The notes under the pieces were generated by a model. That model was not told the DNA's origin. It saw only the letters and a list, made by a program, of their open reading frames with translations, and ran no database searches. 64,000 nucleotides of DNA from an uncultured bacterium (GTDB lineage: Bacteria > Fidelibacterota > Marinisomatia > Marinisomatales > UBA1611), in contig CBFIBM010000005.1 in the NCBI GenBank assembly GCA_965660855.1, positions 65,056 through 129,055 of the forward strand. Direction: 5' to 3'. This document shows positions 1 through 10,200 of this stretch, in pieces. The translations under genes and the position numbers were made by a program. The first letter of the stretch is position 1. The number at the start of each line of letters is the position of its first letter.

Positions 1-277
1 CATAATAAGAAATAAAAAATTCTACAGCATTGTTTGGAAATAATTGCTTGAATTCACCATATAATTGAGCAGCAAGTGTTTTATTATGAGACATTATGAG
101 GGTGGGCTTTTGAACTTGCTCAATGACATTTGCCATTGTAAAAGTTTTTCCAGAACCTGTAACACCCATTAAAGTTTGATATTTTTCATTGTTGTTAATA
201 CCTAATACCAATTCATTAATTGCTGCTGGTTGGTCTCCTTCAGGGTTAAAGCTTGAGGTGATTTTTAAGTCTGCCAT
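1..277 (-). CDS. uvrB: Excinuclease ABC subunit B, N-terminal part (runs off the left edge of the window)
   Basis: Not in the ORF track. Manual translation from ATG at 277 gives [23 protein letters not shown]...[19 protein letters not shown]...[30 protein letters not shown], with the Uvr[13 protein letters not shown] and NKTLAAQL motifs. Confidence 0.96.
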   Translation of the reverse strand, partial: MADLKITSSFNPEGDQPAAINELVLGINNNEKYQTLMGVTGSGKTFTMANVIEQVQKPTLIMSHNKTLAAQLYGEFKQLFPNNAVEFFISYY

Positions 278-335
278 AATGTCTAAAATTACATGTATTC
301 AGTTTCAGAATCCAGTTAGATAGTGATATAAAATA

Positions 336-2174
336 TTATACATTAGTAGTTTTTTTTGACAGATTAATTATTTCAGAACAGAGACTAATCGGGATACCTG
401 TTTTTTGATGAATATCTAGTTTATTTAACTTCCGTAATTCCTTTGGGCCATCATATGTTTGCATTAATAGTTTTATTCTTTTTTTACCGAGGCCTTTAAT
501 ACTAGAAAAAATAGAGTTAATTATCGTTTTATTTCTTTTTTCTCTCTGAAAAGTTATTGCGAACCTATGTGCCTCATCTCTTATTCTCCTTAATAGTATC
601 AAGCCTGAACTTTGTTTATTAATCGATTGGGGATCTGAATAACCTGGCAAAAACACTTCCTCCAATCGTTTAGCAAGACCAATAATGGGAATAAAGTTAA
701 GATTTAAACTTTTCAGTACTTCAACTGAGGTATTTAATTGGCCCTTACCACCATCAATCAATATTAAATCGGGTAATTTTTTATTTTCTTTTTTTAGCCT
801 TTTATATCTTCTAGAAACGACTTCATTCATCGATGCGAAATCATCAATCTTATTAACATTTTTAATATTATATTTTCGATATTCATTTTTTTTCGGTTTT
901 GCATCAACAAAACATACCATTGAAGCTACAGTATTTGTTCCTCCCAAGTGAGATACATCGAAAGCTTCTATTCTTCTTGGAGCTACGCTTAAATTTAAAT
1001 CTTCTTGTAATTGTTGTAATATTTTTGGTACGAGGTCTTTTCTCTTTTCTTTATTTATTTTCCATTCACCAAGTAAAAGTTTAGCATTTTGCAATGTAAT
1101 TCTAATTTCTTTTGCTTTTTCACCCTTTTTAGGATAAATAAATCTAACAGGACCTTTTCTTTTTTTCTTTAACAATTCTAAAAGGCCTTTTTCATTTTCT
1201 GGATTATTTTGAAGTGATAATTCTCTAGGAATAAAGTCGCTATCAAAATAAAACCTTGTAATTATATTTTTTAAGTTTGTACCCTCACTGGCATCTAACT
1301 TACTGATTGATAATTTATCTCTACTAAAAATTCTACCATTTCTAATCCTTAAAATAACTGCGATACCGAAATCATCCTCTTTTGAAAGAGCAATTACATC
1401 ACGCTCAATAAAATCTGTCGCAACTAATCTTTGTTTATTTTTAAATTCGGTTATCGACTCCAGTTGATCTCTATAAATTGTAGCATCTTCATAATTTTGA
1501 TGATCGGATGCCTTCTTCATCAACTTCAATATATGACCTTCAGTTGGTTTAGTTTTTCCCTTCATAAAATCTTCAATCCTACTTATCATCTGCGAATAAT
1601 TTCTTTTACTAACTAGGCCTTCGCAGGGCCCTTCACACTTTTTAATATGATAATCAAGACAGACAGATATTTTTTTTTCTTCGATTACTTTGTGATCAAT
1701 AAAATATGTACAACTTCTAATGGGAAATACCCTATTAAGAGCTTTAAGTGTTTTTCTTAAATGCCTAACATCAGTAAATGGTCCAAAATATTTTGATCCA
1801 TCTTTAACTACTTCCCTAGTCAAAAATACTTGAGGATATGGTTCATTCGTAATTCTAATAAAAGGATAACTTTTATCATCTCTTAAATCAATATTATACT
1901 TGGGTTTATGTCTTTTAATTAAATTTGCTTCAGTCATTAATGCTTCAACCTCACTTCTAACAATTATCCATTCTATATTCACTACGTGTCTGAGCATAGT
2001 AGTGTTTTTTGGAGACAGCGAAGCTTTATTTTGAAAATAAGACCTAACACGATTTTTTAAATTTTTTGCCTTTCCAATGTAAATAATTTGATTATCATTG
2101 TTATAAAAAGTATAAACACCAGGATTTCTAGGAAGTTGTAATAGTTTGGTTTTAATTGATTCTTGAATATCCAT
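336..2174 (-). CDS. uvrC: Excinuclease ABC subunit C
   Basis: GIY-YIG N-terminus (PGVY...IYIGKAKNLKNRVRSYF), RIEAFDVSH, LILIDGGKGQ, RDEAHRFA, and a C-terminal HhH. Confidence 0.97.
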   Translation of the reverse strand: MDIQESIKTKLLQLPRNPGVYTFYNNDNQIIYIGKAKNLKNRVRSYFQNKASLSPKNTTMLRHVVNIEWIIVRSEVEALMTEANLIKRHKPKYNIDLRDDKSYPFIRITNEPYPQVFLTREVVKDGSKYFGPFTDVRHLRKTLKALNRVFPIRSCTYFIDHKVIEEKKISVCLDYHIKKCEGPCEGLVSKRNYSQMISRIEDFMKGKTKPTEGHILKLMKKASDHQNYEDATIYRDQLESITEFKNKQRLVATDFIERDVIALSKEDDFGIAVILRIRNGRIFSRDKLSISKLDASEGTNLKNIITRFYFDSDFIPRELSLQNNPENEKGLLELLKKKRKGPVRFIYPKKGEKAKEIRITLQNAKLLLGEWKINKEKRKDLVPKILQQLQEDLNLSVAPRRIEAFDVSHLGGTNTVASMVCFVDAKPKKNEYRKYNIKNVNKIDDFASMNEVVSRRYKRLKKENKKLPDLILIDGGKGQLNTSVEVLKSLNLNFIPIIGLAKRLEEVFLPGYSDPQSINKQSSGLILLRRIRDEAHRFAITFQREKRNKTIINSIFSSIKGLGKKRIKLLMQTYDGPKELRKLNKLDIHQKTGIPISLCSEIINLSKKTTNV

Positions 2175-2345
2175 ATATAGAATCTAATTATATCACCCTA
2201 AATAAATCTTTAAAGAAAAAACTAAAATAAAAAATATGTTTGTCAATTCTTATTTTAATTAGTTAATAATAAATATAAATTAGTAGGCTTTAAATATTAC
2301 TTTAAATAAATTGTAATTAATAAACATAACTATAAAAATTAAACA

Positions 2346-3821
2346 ATGTGTAGATCTAAATATTTCAAAAGCTTAGCTTTAATTTCAGTTTTTTCTTTTT
2401 TAGTCGGACAAAATACTTCCAATGATAAAAAAAGAAAAGTTTACAGAACCCAATCTGGATCAATTATAGAAGCACCTAAACCACTTTTAGATAGGGTAAT
2501 TAAAAAGACTAAATCAACTGTAAAGTCAAAAAAAGAAGATAAAAAAGCAAAAGCATTGGCACGCACGAAGATTGTTGAGACAACATATAGAAATGAATTA
2601 GATAGCTTAAAATCATCAGTCTCAGCTCTTCTAAAAGAATCTAAGTTGTTAAAAGAAAATTATGAACAAAAATTAGCTGAAAAACTCACTGACACCATAT
2701 TTGTATACACAACATTATATGATACAACTAGATCACTAGATACTACATATATATATACAAATGCAACGACTACTGTTTATGATACAACTGTAGTCATTGA
2801 TAGTATATACATAAATAACTATGATACTACCACGATTGTTCAGGCTTCATATGATACTGTCTATGTAATGGATACGACGGTTGTTGTAAATTATGATACA
2901 ACTATTATGAGAGACACCATATGGGCATTTGCTTATGATACTACAACTATTTACGATACAACTTGGGTATATGCGCATGATACAACAGTCATTAGGGATT
3001 CAATTTGGTTATTTGCAGTTGACTCCGTAAAGTCTTTTGATACTCTTGTAGTTTCAAATAATGATACGGTTACTATCCATACCTATTCAAGTAGGTTTCC
3101 TGAAAATTTTTCGCCAGATATGATAAGTGAGAATCAAAGTGCATTCCCAAAATATAAAACATTAGCCGACGCATTAAGAGCCCGGGATACAGGAGATAAA
3201 TCTGCTCAAGGTTGGATAAATCAAGCTCTAAATGCAGCAGGCGGAGACTGGAATAAAGCTGAAAAAGAATATAAAAAGTTACAAGAAGTCTACTCAACAG
3301 CTATGGTAAGAGCAATAACAAGAACTCCTAAAAACCAAAATTTTATTGGTCCTGATTTAAAATACAAAACTGTAATATTTGATACCTTAAAAATTTTGAC
3401 ATTTGATACTACACTTATTCAAGATACAGTCAAAAATTTAGTTAAACAGACTTATGTAAAATATGATACATCTATTGTGGATAAGAGAAGAGAAGTTATT
3501 GCTAACACCACCCCTCCAGGTCATGAACTCATTATTAAATATCACAGGAATGGTAGAGTTAAAGAAAGAGGGCTAATGAAAAGTAATAAAAGAAATGGCG
3601 AATGGATCCAGTATGATTTTAAGGGCATACCTCTCAGAAAATCAGTTTATGATATGGGAAGAATGACTCAAGATGAGTTAATTGTGACATCTGAAGAAAA
3701 TAATCAATCAAATCCTATGAAAAATGAATCTGATGATATAAAAAAGAAAAATAAGAAAAATAAATCCAAAGCAAAGAAAGCAAGTAACATTTTTAAATTA
3801 CCTAAATTTGGAAAAGATTAA
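2346..3821 (+). CDS. Putative secreted protein with a D-(T/S)-rich repeat region and a C-terminal MORN-variant/YwqK-like segment
   Basis: Signal-peptide-like N-terminus; repeated YDTT..DT motifs at residues ~116-242; YHRNGRVKERG...RNGEWIQYDFKG near the C-terminus; Lys-rich tail. Confidence 0.7.
   Translation: MCRSKYFKSLALISVFSFLVGQNTSNDKKRKVYRTQSGSIIEAPKPLLDRVIKKTKSTVKSKKEDKKAKALARTKIVETTYRNELDSLKSSVSALLKESKLLKENYEQKLAEKLTDTIFVYTTLYDTTRSLDTTYIYTNATTTVYDTTVVIDSIYINNYDTTTIVQASYDTVYVMDTTVVVNYDTTIMRDTIWAFAYDTTTIYDTTWVYAHDTTVIRDSIWLFAVDSVKSFDTLVVSNNDTVTIHTYSSRFPENFSPDMISENQSAFPKYKTLADALRARDTGDKSAQGWINQALNAAGGDWNKAEKEYKKLQEVYSTAMVRAITRTPKNQNFIGPDLKYKTVIFDTLKILTFDTTLIQDTVKNLVKQTYVKYDTSIVDKRREVIANTTPPGHELIIKYHRNGRVKERGLMKSNKRNGEWIQYDFKGIPLRKSVYDMGRMTQDELIVTSEENNQSNPMKNESDDIKKKNKKNKSKAKKASNIFKLPKFGKD
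2691..3071 (+). repeat. Imperfect protein-level repeat (~14 aa unit, YDTTxxxDTxxxxx) inside the 491-aa ORF
   Basis: Units include YDTTVVIDSIYINN, YDTVYVMDTTVVVN, YDTTIMRDTIWAFA, YDTTTIYDTTWVYA, HDTTVIRDSIWLFA and VDSVKSFDTLVVSN. The DNA shows recurring (t)atgatac. Confidence 0.85.
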
Positions 3822-4222
3822 ACTTTCTGAGCTAATTCTACCAATACACCTCCAGTAGAAGATGGGTGTAGGAAGATTATTTTATAACCCTCCGCTCCAA
3901 TATTATAACTAGATCCAATAATATTAATATTTTTTGATTTAAGCTCTAATATAGCTTCCTCAATATCTTCAATTTCAAAACACACATGGTGTAGGCCAGG
4001 GCCATTCTTTTTTAAAAATTTAGATATAGGGCTATTAGGTGATTTTTCCTTAATAAGTTCAATCCTACTATTTTTTATTTTATATATATCGGCTATAACT
4101 CCTTGGTTGGGAATTTCTTCTTGTTTTTTGAATTCTAGTCCCATTATGTCTTTCCAAAAGTTAGAACCCTTTTTAAGACTTTCAACAGCGATCGCTATAT
4201 GTTCAATGCTCAGTATTTTCAT
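3818..4222 (-). CDS. mce: Methylmalonyl-CoA epimerase (VOC family)
   Basis: IEHIAIAV, IELI, SPISKFLKKNGPGLHHVCFE, FLHPSSTGGVLVELAQ. Confidence 0.9.
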   Translation of the reverse strand: MKILSIEHIAIAVESLKKGSNFWKDIMGLEFKKQEEIPNQGVIADIYKIKNSRIELIKEKSPNSPISKFLKKNGPGLHHVCFEIEDIEEAILELKSKNINIIGSSYNIGAEGYKIIFLHPSSTGGVLVELAQKV

Positions 4223-5253
4223 TTTAATAATTCTTTATATTTATTCTTTAACACAGCTCCAATTCCAGGGTTCAAACTTCCTTTCAAAACCCCATTTTCA
4301 ACTATTACCCCCTTAAAAGGGTCGTTTTCTATTAAAAGATTTCCATCTAAGTCAAGAAAATCTGCCTCCCCAGAAATTTGATACATTGCAGATATTGCTG
4401 CAGAAGTTTCTATCATACACCCCAACATAATTTTCATATTATAATCTTTTGCTATTTTTATCATATCTATAGCTTCAAAAAGAGAACCACATTTCATTAA
4501 TTTAATATTTACACCATCAAATGCGGTATGTATTTTTAATATATCAAATTTATTACAACTATTTTCATCAGCAATTATATCAATTGATGATTCATTTTTT
4601 AATAGTTTTGTATTTTCAACCTCATGAGCAGGAAAAGGTTGTTCAATTAATTCAATATTATAATCTTCCAGCCACCTACAAAGATCTAACCCCTCTTCAA
4701 AAGTCCATCCTTCGTTTGCATCAACTCTAATTTTTTTATCTGTATACTTTCTTATTTCTCTAATTATATTTTTATCTTGGCCTTTGGTTCCCAACTTAAC
4801 TTTTAATATTTTAAAAGCTTTAGCATCTTGAATTTTGTTTTTAATTTGACTGATTTTACCAATTGAAATAGTATAACTAGTAAAATTTGATTTTGTATCT
4901 TTAATATTTAATAGATTGCACAATGGAATTTTATTTAATTTTCCAAAATAATCCAATAAAGCCATACTGATTGCTGCTTCCAAGGATTTAAGACCTTTTA
5001 ATTTAGGTAAAAGATAATCCCAAATAGATTCATAATCATTAAGCATATCTGGAATTAAAATATTGGTTTTTAAAACATCTTCAATTAATTCTACTGTTTC
5101 TCCATATCTAATTGATGGAGCTGCTTCACCAACACCGTAAATATTTTTATGTTTTATAAAAAGTAGAATTCGATCGTACCAATCATTTCTCTCCCTAGAA
5201 ATACCAAAAGTGTATTTTAAATTAACACGATATTTTTTATATAAAATTTCCAA
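4219..5253 (-). CDS. Dipeptide epimerase (L-Ala-D/L-Glu epimerase family, enolase superfamily)
   Basis: GVGEAAP, KxK motif (LKVKLG), RVDANEGW, IEQP, ADE, NIKLMKCG, GCMIE and DLDG. Confidence 0.88.
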   Translation of the reverse strand: MEILYKKYRVNLKYTFGISRERNDWYDRILLFIKHKNIYGVGEAAPSIRYGETVELIEDVLKTNILIPDMLNDYESIWDYLLPKLKGLKSLEAAISMALLDYFGKLNKIPLCNLLNIKDTKSNFTSYTISIGKISQIKNKIQDAKAFKILKVKLGTKGQDKNIIREIRKYTDKKIRVDANEGWTFEEGLDLCRWLEDYNIELIEQPFPAHEVENTKLLKNESSIDIIADENSCNKFDILKIHTAFDGVNIKLMKCGSLFEAIDMIKIAKDYNMKIMLGCMIETSAAISAMYQISGEADFLDLDGNLLIENDPFKGVIVENGVLKGSLNPGIGAVLKNKYKELLK

Positions 5254-5274
5254 AGAATAATATTAAACTCTAAT

Positions 5275-6045
5275 TTAGAATATAGGATTTCTTTTATTTA
5301 TAAAAGCATCAATACCCTCTTTGGTTTCATCCGTTAAAATCCTTTCTGAGAAACATTCTGCTTCTAATTTGAGACCATCATCAAGTGATAAAGTGAACGA
5401 CTTTTGTATACATTTAATTGAGTCTTTGACAGCACCTGGTCCATTTAATAAAATTTTATCAACTATATTCAATACATTTTTCATTAAAGTCTTTTGAGGA
5501 AAAACGGCATTCACTAAACCAATATTCAAAGCTTTTTCAGAATTAATAATATTTCCCAATAAAATCATTTCAGTAGCTCTTGCAATTCCAATTATTTTTG
5601 GTAACCGTTGAGTTCCTCCCCAACCAGGAATCAAACCTAATTTAACTTCTGGTTGAGAAAAAGTTGCGTTTCCACTCGCAAACCTTAAATGACAGGCTAA
5701 ACTTATTTCACATCCACCTCCAAAAGCATATCCATTTATTGCAGCAATAATCGGCTTAGATGATTGCTCAATCCTATTTGTAACTTCTTGTCCTAATTTT
5801 GAAAAATCATACGCAGCTTTTTTATCCAAATTTTTCATGATTTTTATATCAGCACCTGCAATAAATGATTTTCCCCCTGACCCAGTTATAATTACAGCTC
5901 TAATATTATTATTTCCAATCAAAGTTTTTAATTCTAAATCTAATTCATTTAAAACATTATAATTCATAGCATTGAGTGCTTCTTCCCTATTTATTTCTAG
6001 GATAGCAATTTTATTCTTCAATGAAGTTTTAACGAATTTTTGCAT
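5275..6045 (-). CDS. Enoyl-CoA hydratase/isomerase (crotonase family)
   Basis: FIAGADI, AAINGYAFGGGCE, QPEVKLGLIPGWGGTQRLP. Confidence 0.92.
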   Translation of the reverse strand: MQKFVKTSLKNKIAILEINREEALNAMNYNVLNELDLELKTLIGNNNIRAVIITGSGGKSFIAGADIKIMKNLDKKAAYDFSKLGQEVTNRIEQSSKPIIAAINGYAFGGGCEISLACHLRFASGNATFSQPEVKLGLIPGWGGTQRLPKIIGIARATEMILLGNIINSEKALNIGLVNAVFPQKTLMKNVLNIVDKILLNGPGAVKDSIKCIQKSFTLSLDDGLKLEAECFSERILTDETKEGIDAFINKRNPIF

Positions 6046-6049
6046 TTAA

Positions 6050-7519
6050 CTATTTCCAATATGTTCTACTAAAAAGTACCATCACAGTAAATATTTCAAG
6101 TCTACCCAGTAACATACAAAAAGATAATAGCCATTTCCCTTGGCTGGGTAATAAAGCATAATTATCAGTTGGACCAAATTTTCCTAATCCTGGACCTATA
6201 TTGCCCATTGCGGATGCTGCAGCACCAATTGAAGATTCTATATCAATTCCCATGGTAGATAGGAGAATAGTTGTAATAATAAAAGCGGACATAAAAAATA
6301 AAAAGAAACCTAAAGTATTTCTAACAACATCCTCTTTGATTGATTGTCTACCAATTTTAACAGGTATTAATGCTCTAGAATGTAACATTCGACGAGTCTC
6401 TAATGCAGCATATTTTACTAATAATAAAATTCGTATTACCTTCATTCCCCCTGTGGTAGAACCACCCATACCTCCAACAAACATTAAAATTAGTAAAATT
6501 GCTTGAACCGCTACAGGCCAGAGCTCATAATCAGCAGAACCATAACCTGTTGTTGTTAAAATTGAAATAGAGGTAAAAAGAGATTCTCTAAAATTAAGGA
6601 GTGTAAAGTCCAGATTGTTAATAGATACAAAAATAAAGATTAATACTGTAATAATTAAAGTCACTAAGAAGTATACGGCAAATTCTTTATCTTTAATATA
6701 TGCTTTAAAATCGCCATTTATTGCTCTAAAATGAAGTGAGAAATTAACTCCTGCTAGAAACATAAAAAAAATAATAATATAGTGAATAGTTGAACTATCA
6801 TAATGACCTATACTCGCATTTTTTGTAGAAAAACCACCAGTAGGCATTGTCGTAAATGCATGGCAAATAGAATCAAATGTCCCCATTCCTGCAACAGAAA
6901 GTGCTAAGAATTGGGCTAAAGTAATACCAACATAAACTATCCAAAGAAATTTTGCAGTTTCTCTTACTCTAGGTTTAATTTTATCAGCCACAGGTCCTGG
7001 AACCTCAGCTTTAAATAATTGTACCCCACCAACGCCCAATAAAGGTAAAATTGCAATATAAAATACTATTATACCCATTCCACCAATCCATTGTATAAAT
7101 GAACGCCAGAATAAAACACCATGTGGAAGACTTTCTATACCATTCTTTAGATTAGGAAGAGTATTTATATTGCCAAGAATAGAGGCACCAGTGGTAGTTA
7201 CTCCAGACATTGATTCAAAAAAAGCGTCAGTAATATTTGGGATAGCGCCAGAAAAATAAAAAGGAAGCGCACCAGCGATGGCTGTAAAAATCCATGAAAA
7301 AGTTACAATTGCAAAGCCATCTTTATTTGTAAGTGTTTTATTATGGCGTGTGAAAATCCAAATTGGAAGCCCCAAACCAATACATGAACTTGATGATAAG
7401 AGAAAACCTTTTAAATCATTGCCACCATAAAAATATGAAATAAAAATAGGTAATATCATAGTCAAGCCAATTATCACTAATAACCCACCTATCACATTCA
7501 ATAATATTTTTAATCTCAT
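6050..7519 (-). CDS. trkH: Trk potassium uptake membrane protein
   Basis: FFESMSGVTTTGAS, QWIGGMGII, TGGFS, GSTTGGMK, GNIGPG and LGRLE motifs; multiple TM segments. Confidence 0.95.
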   Translation of the reverse strand: MRLKILLNVIGGLLVIIGLTMILPIFISYFYGGNDLKGFLLSSSSCIGLGLPIWIFTRHNKTLTNKDGFAIVTFSWIFTAIAGALPFYFSGAIPNITDAFFESMSGVTTTGASILGNINTLPNLKNGIESLPHGVLFWRSFIQWIGGMGIIVFYIAILPLLGVGGVQLFKAEVPGPVADKIKPRVRETAKFLWIVYVGITLAQFLALSVAGMGTFDSICHAFTTMPTGGFSTKNASIGHYDSSTIHYIIIFFMFLAGVNFSLHFRAINGDFKAYIKDKEFAVYFLVTLIITVLIFIFVSINNLDFTLLNFRESLFTSISILTTTGYGSADYELWPVAVQAILLILMFVGGMGGSTTGGMKVIRILLLVKYAALETRRMLHSRALIPVKIGRQSIKEDVVRNTLGFFLFFMSAFIITTILLSTMGIDIESSIGAAASAMGNIGPGLGKFGPTDNYALLPSQGKWLLSFCMLLGRLEIFTVMVLFSRTYWK

Positions 7520-8868
7520 GATGAAAATAGTTTTCTTACTTTTTTAATTTCTTTTGGTTTTGCGAAAACCAATACAGTATCATCCTCAGTCAAAATGGAA
7601 GTTCCATGGGCAATTCTTATTTTACCATGGTGATTTATCATTCCGACTATACAATCAACAGGAAAATTCACCTCCTTTAGCGGACGTAAAGTAACCGGAC
7701 TACCTGGCTCTGGTTGAAACTCTACAACATCTACCTCAATCTCATCAAATGACAAAACTGGTTTTTCTGTTACATCTGAATGTAATTCTTTTAATATTGC
7801 ATTTACGGTAGATAAATTTTTGCTAAAAACTGCACCTGCTTTTATCTCATGGATAGCAGGTATATACTCTGTAGTCGAAACATGAATGATGCTCTGCCTT
7901 GCACCTAAATGATTAGCTAAAAGACCTGCTATTAAATTAGTTTTTTCACTTTCAGTTACCGAAATAAAGCTATCAATATCTTGAATGTTTTCTGATTTTA
8001 AAAATTCAATATCGGTTCCATCGCCGTAAAGTATCATTGATTGATCTATAATATGTGAAATTTTACCAGCTTTAGGTCTGTTTTTTTCTACCAACCTAAC
8101 ATTTAATGAATCATCTGGTAATTGTTTTGCTAAAGTTCGCCCAATTTTTGATCCACCAATGATCATCACCCTATTCGTATACGTTATTTCTTTATTTAAA
8201 AGAACCATCAAATTTTCTAAATCTTCTGCTTTAATAAGAAAATATCCAATATCTCCTTCTTCAAACTCAAACTCAGCCCATGGAACAATGGTTTCTTGCC
8301 CTCTAAGAACAGCAATCACACCAAATCTAAAATGGCTATTATTTTTTGCTATTTTCCCCAGGTGTTTATTAAAAATATTCGATGATTCATTCTCAATTAA
8401 CAAACCGAGCATTTTTAATCTACCCGCTTCAAAATCAACTGCTTGAACCGCATATGGGTGTTTAACTAATCTCATGATTTCTTCACATGCAGCTTTTTCA
8501 GGGTGAATTACAACATCAACTCCAAATTTTTCTGGTCTAATTATAGAATCCTGTGCCGTGTATTGCTGATTTCTTAGACGTGCAATAATTTTATTTGCTC
8601 CAAGCTTATGAGCTTGTTGTGAAGCAATTAGATTAACCTCATCTACTCGGGTTAAACATAATACATAGTCAGCTTCACCAACGCTTGCTTCATTTAATAT
8701 TTTAGGACTTGCCCCATTACCTTCTACAACTATTACATCTAGGTTTTCTGACGCTCTTCTACATTTGGAAGGGTCAATATCAACAACTGTTATATCATAG
8801 TCTTCTTCACTAAGTGCTTTTGCAACATGAAAACCAACTTCTCCTCCACCAATAATTACAACTTTCAT
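7516..8868 (-). CDS. trkA: Trk system NAD-binding subunit (tandem RCK domains)
   Basis: Two GxGxxG-like motifs (GGGEVG, GGSKIG); 450 aa; overlaps trkH by 4 nt. Confidence 0.95.
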   Translation of the reverse strand: MKVVIIGGGEVGFHVAKALSEEDYDITVVDIDPSKCRRASENLDVIVVEGNGASPKILNEASVGEADYVLCLTRVDEVNLIASQQAHKLGANKIIARLRNQQYTAQDSIIRPEKFGVDVVIHPEKAACEEIMRLVKHPYAVQAVDFEAGRLKMLGLLIENESSNIFNKHLGKIAKNNSHFRFGVIAVLRGQETIVPWAEFEFEEGDIGYFLIKAEDLENLMVLLNKEITYTNRVMIIGGSKIGRTLAKQLPDDSLNVRLVEKNRPKAGKISHIIDQSMILYGDGTDIEFLKSENIQDIDSFISVTESEKTNLIAGLLANHLGARQSIIHVSTTEYIPAIHEIKAGAVFSKNLSTVNAILKELHSDVTEKPVLSFDEIEVDVVEFQPEPGSPVTLRPLKEVNFPVDCIVGMINHHGKIRIAHGTSILTEDDTVLVFAKPKEIKKVRKLFSS

Positions 8869-8944
8869 TTATAATTCCAACCTTATTTATTTTTGCAGAA
8901 AAATTTATATAACTATATAATTTAATAGTTAGTCATAAGACCCA

Positions 8945-10192
8945 CTATTCTCTGAAAATATTTGCACCTAAAGATCTAAATTTTTTCTCAATCATTTCAT
9001 AACCTCTATCAATATGATAAATTCGACTAACGGTAGTTTTTCCTCTTGCCATAAGTCCAGCAATAATTAAAGAAGCACTTGCTCTAATATCTGTAGACAT
9101 TACTGGAGCACCAACTAATTCTTTGACTCCTCTAATGAACGCTGTATTTTTATCGACCTTTATATTTGCTCCAAACCTATTCAATTCAGGAACATGACTA
9201 AACCTATCATGATATACAGTATCCTTTACAATAGAAGATCCATTAGCAATAGTCATTAAAGCAATCCACTGAGCTTGAAGATCCGTAGCAAACCCAGGAT
9301 AAACATCAGTTGTCATATCAACAGATTTTATAGATTCTGTAGGTGAAATAGTAATTGATTGATCATTTGTTTTTATTACGCACCCTGATTCATAAAGTTT
9401 TGATGTAATACTGTCTAAATGGTTAGGAATTATATTATTTAAAGTAATCTCTCCTAAAGAGGCTCCAGCAACCAAAAATGTTCCCGCTTCTATTCTATCA
9501 GGTATTATAGTTATATCTGCAGGTTTTAAAGAATCTACTCCTTCAATGATTAGTGTATGAGTTCCAATACCGCTAATATTTGCACCCATTAAATTTAAGA
9601 ATTCACATAATTGAACAATCTCAGGTTCCCTTGCTGCATTTTCTATTTTAGTTATACCTAGTGCTGTGGTTGCTGCCATTAAAATATTTCCAGTTGCTCC
9701 CACTGATGGATATTCAAAAGATATATTATTGCCTTTTAATTTTTTTGCTTCTGCTAAAATATATCCACTTTCCAAAGTTATTTTTGCACCCAATTTTTCC
9801 AGAGCACTCAAATGATAATTAACTGGCCTTGGTCCCCATGCACATCCACCTGGAAGTGATACTTTCACATAACCAAATCTTGCAATAAGAGGTCCCAGAA
9901 CATAAAATGAAGCTCTCATAGTTTTTACTAGATCATAAGGTGCCTCGGGGTTTACTACTTTTTCAGCGTTAATTTTTAGAGATCCGTTTTTAAAAGTACA
10001 TCTTGCTCCTGTAATTTCAAGCAATTTTATCATCGTACGAGTATCTCTTAAATCAGGAACATTTTTTAAGTTAGAACTTCCATTTCCCATTAAAGCTGCT
10101 GTCATTATTGGAAGAACTGCATTCTTAGCTCCACTTATCTCTACTTCCCCAGAAAGTTTTGCTTTACCTTGTATAACTATTTTTTCCATCAA
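8945..10192 (-). CDS. murA: UDP-N-acetylglucosamine 1-carboxyvinyltransferase
   Basis: ISGAKNAVLP, MRASFYVLGPL, LPGGCAWGPRP, PDRIEAGT, HIDRGYE. Confidence 0.97.
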   Translation of the reverse strand: MMEKIVIQGKAKLSGEVEISGAKNAVLPIMTAALMGNGSSNLKNVPDLRDTRTMIKLLEITGARCTFKNGSLKINAEKVVNPEAPYDLVKTMRASFYVLGPLIARFGYVKVSLPGGCAWGPRPVNYHLSALEKLGAKITLESGYILAEAKKLKGNNISFEYPSVGATGNILMAATTALGITKIENAAREPEIVQLCEFLNLMGANISGIGTHTLIIEGVDSLKPADITIIPDRIEAGTFLVAGASLGEITLNNIIPNHLDSITSKLYESGCVIKTNDQSITISPTESIKSVDMTTDVYPGFATDLQAQWIALMTIANGSSIVKDTVYHDRFSHVPELNRFGANIKVDKNTAFIRGVKELVGAPVMSTDIRASASLIIAGLMARGKTTVSRIYHIDRGYEMIEKKFRSLGANIFRE

Positions 10193-10200
10193 TTTCTCCG

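Noticed and set aside
2691..3071. Recurring atgatac DNA motif considered as a CRISPR array or DNA tandem repeat
   Set aside because: The units are short, degenerate and in frame within a coding sequence, with no constant repeat-spacer structure and no cas genes.
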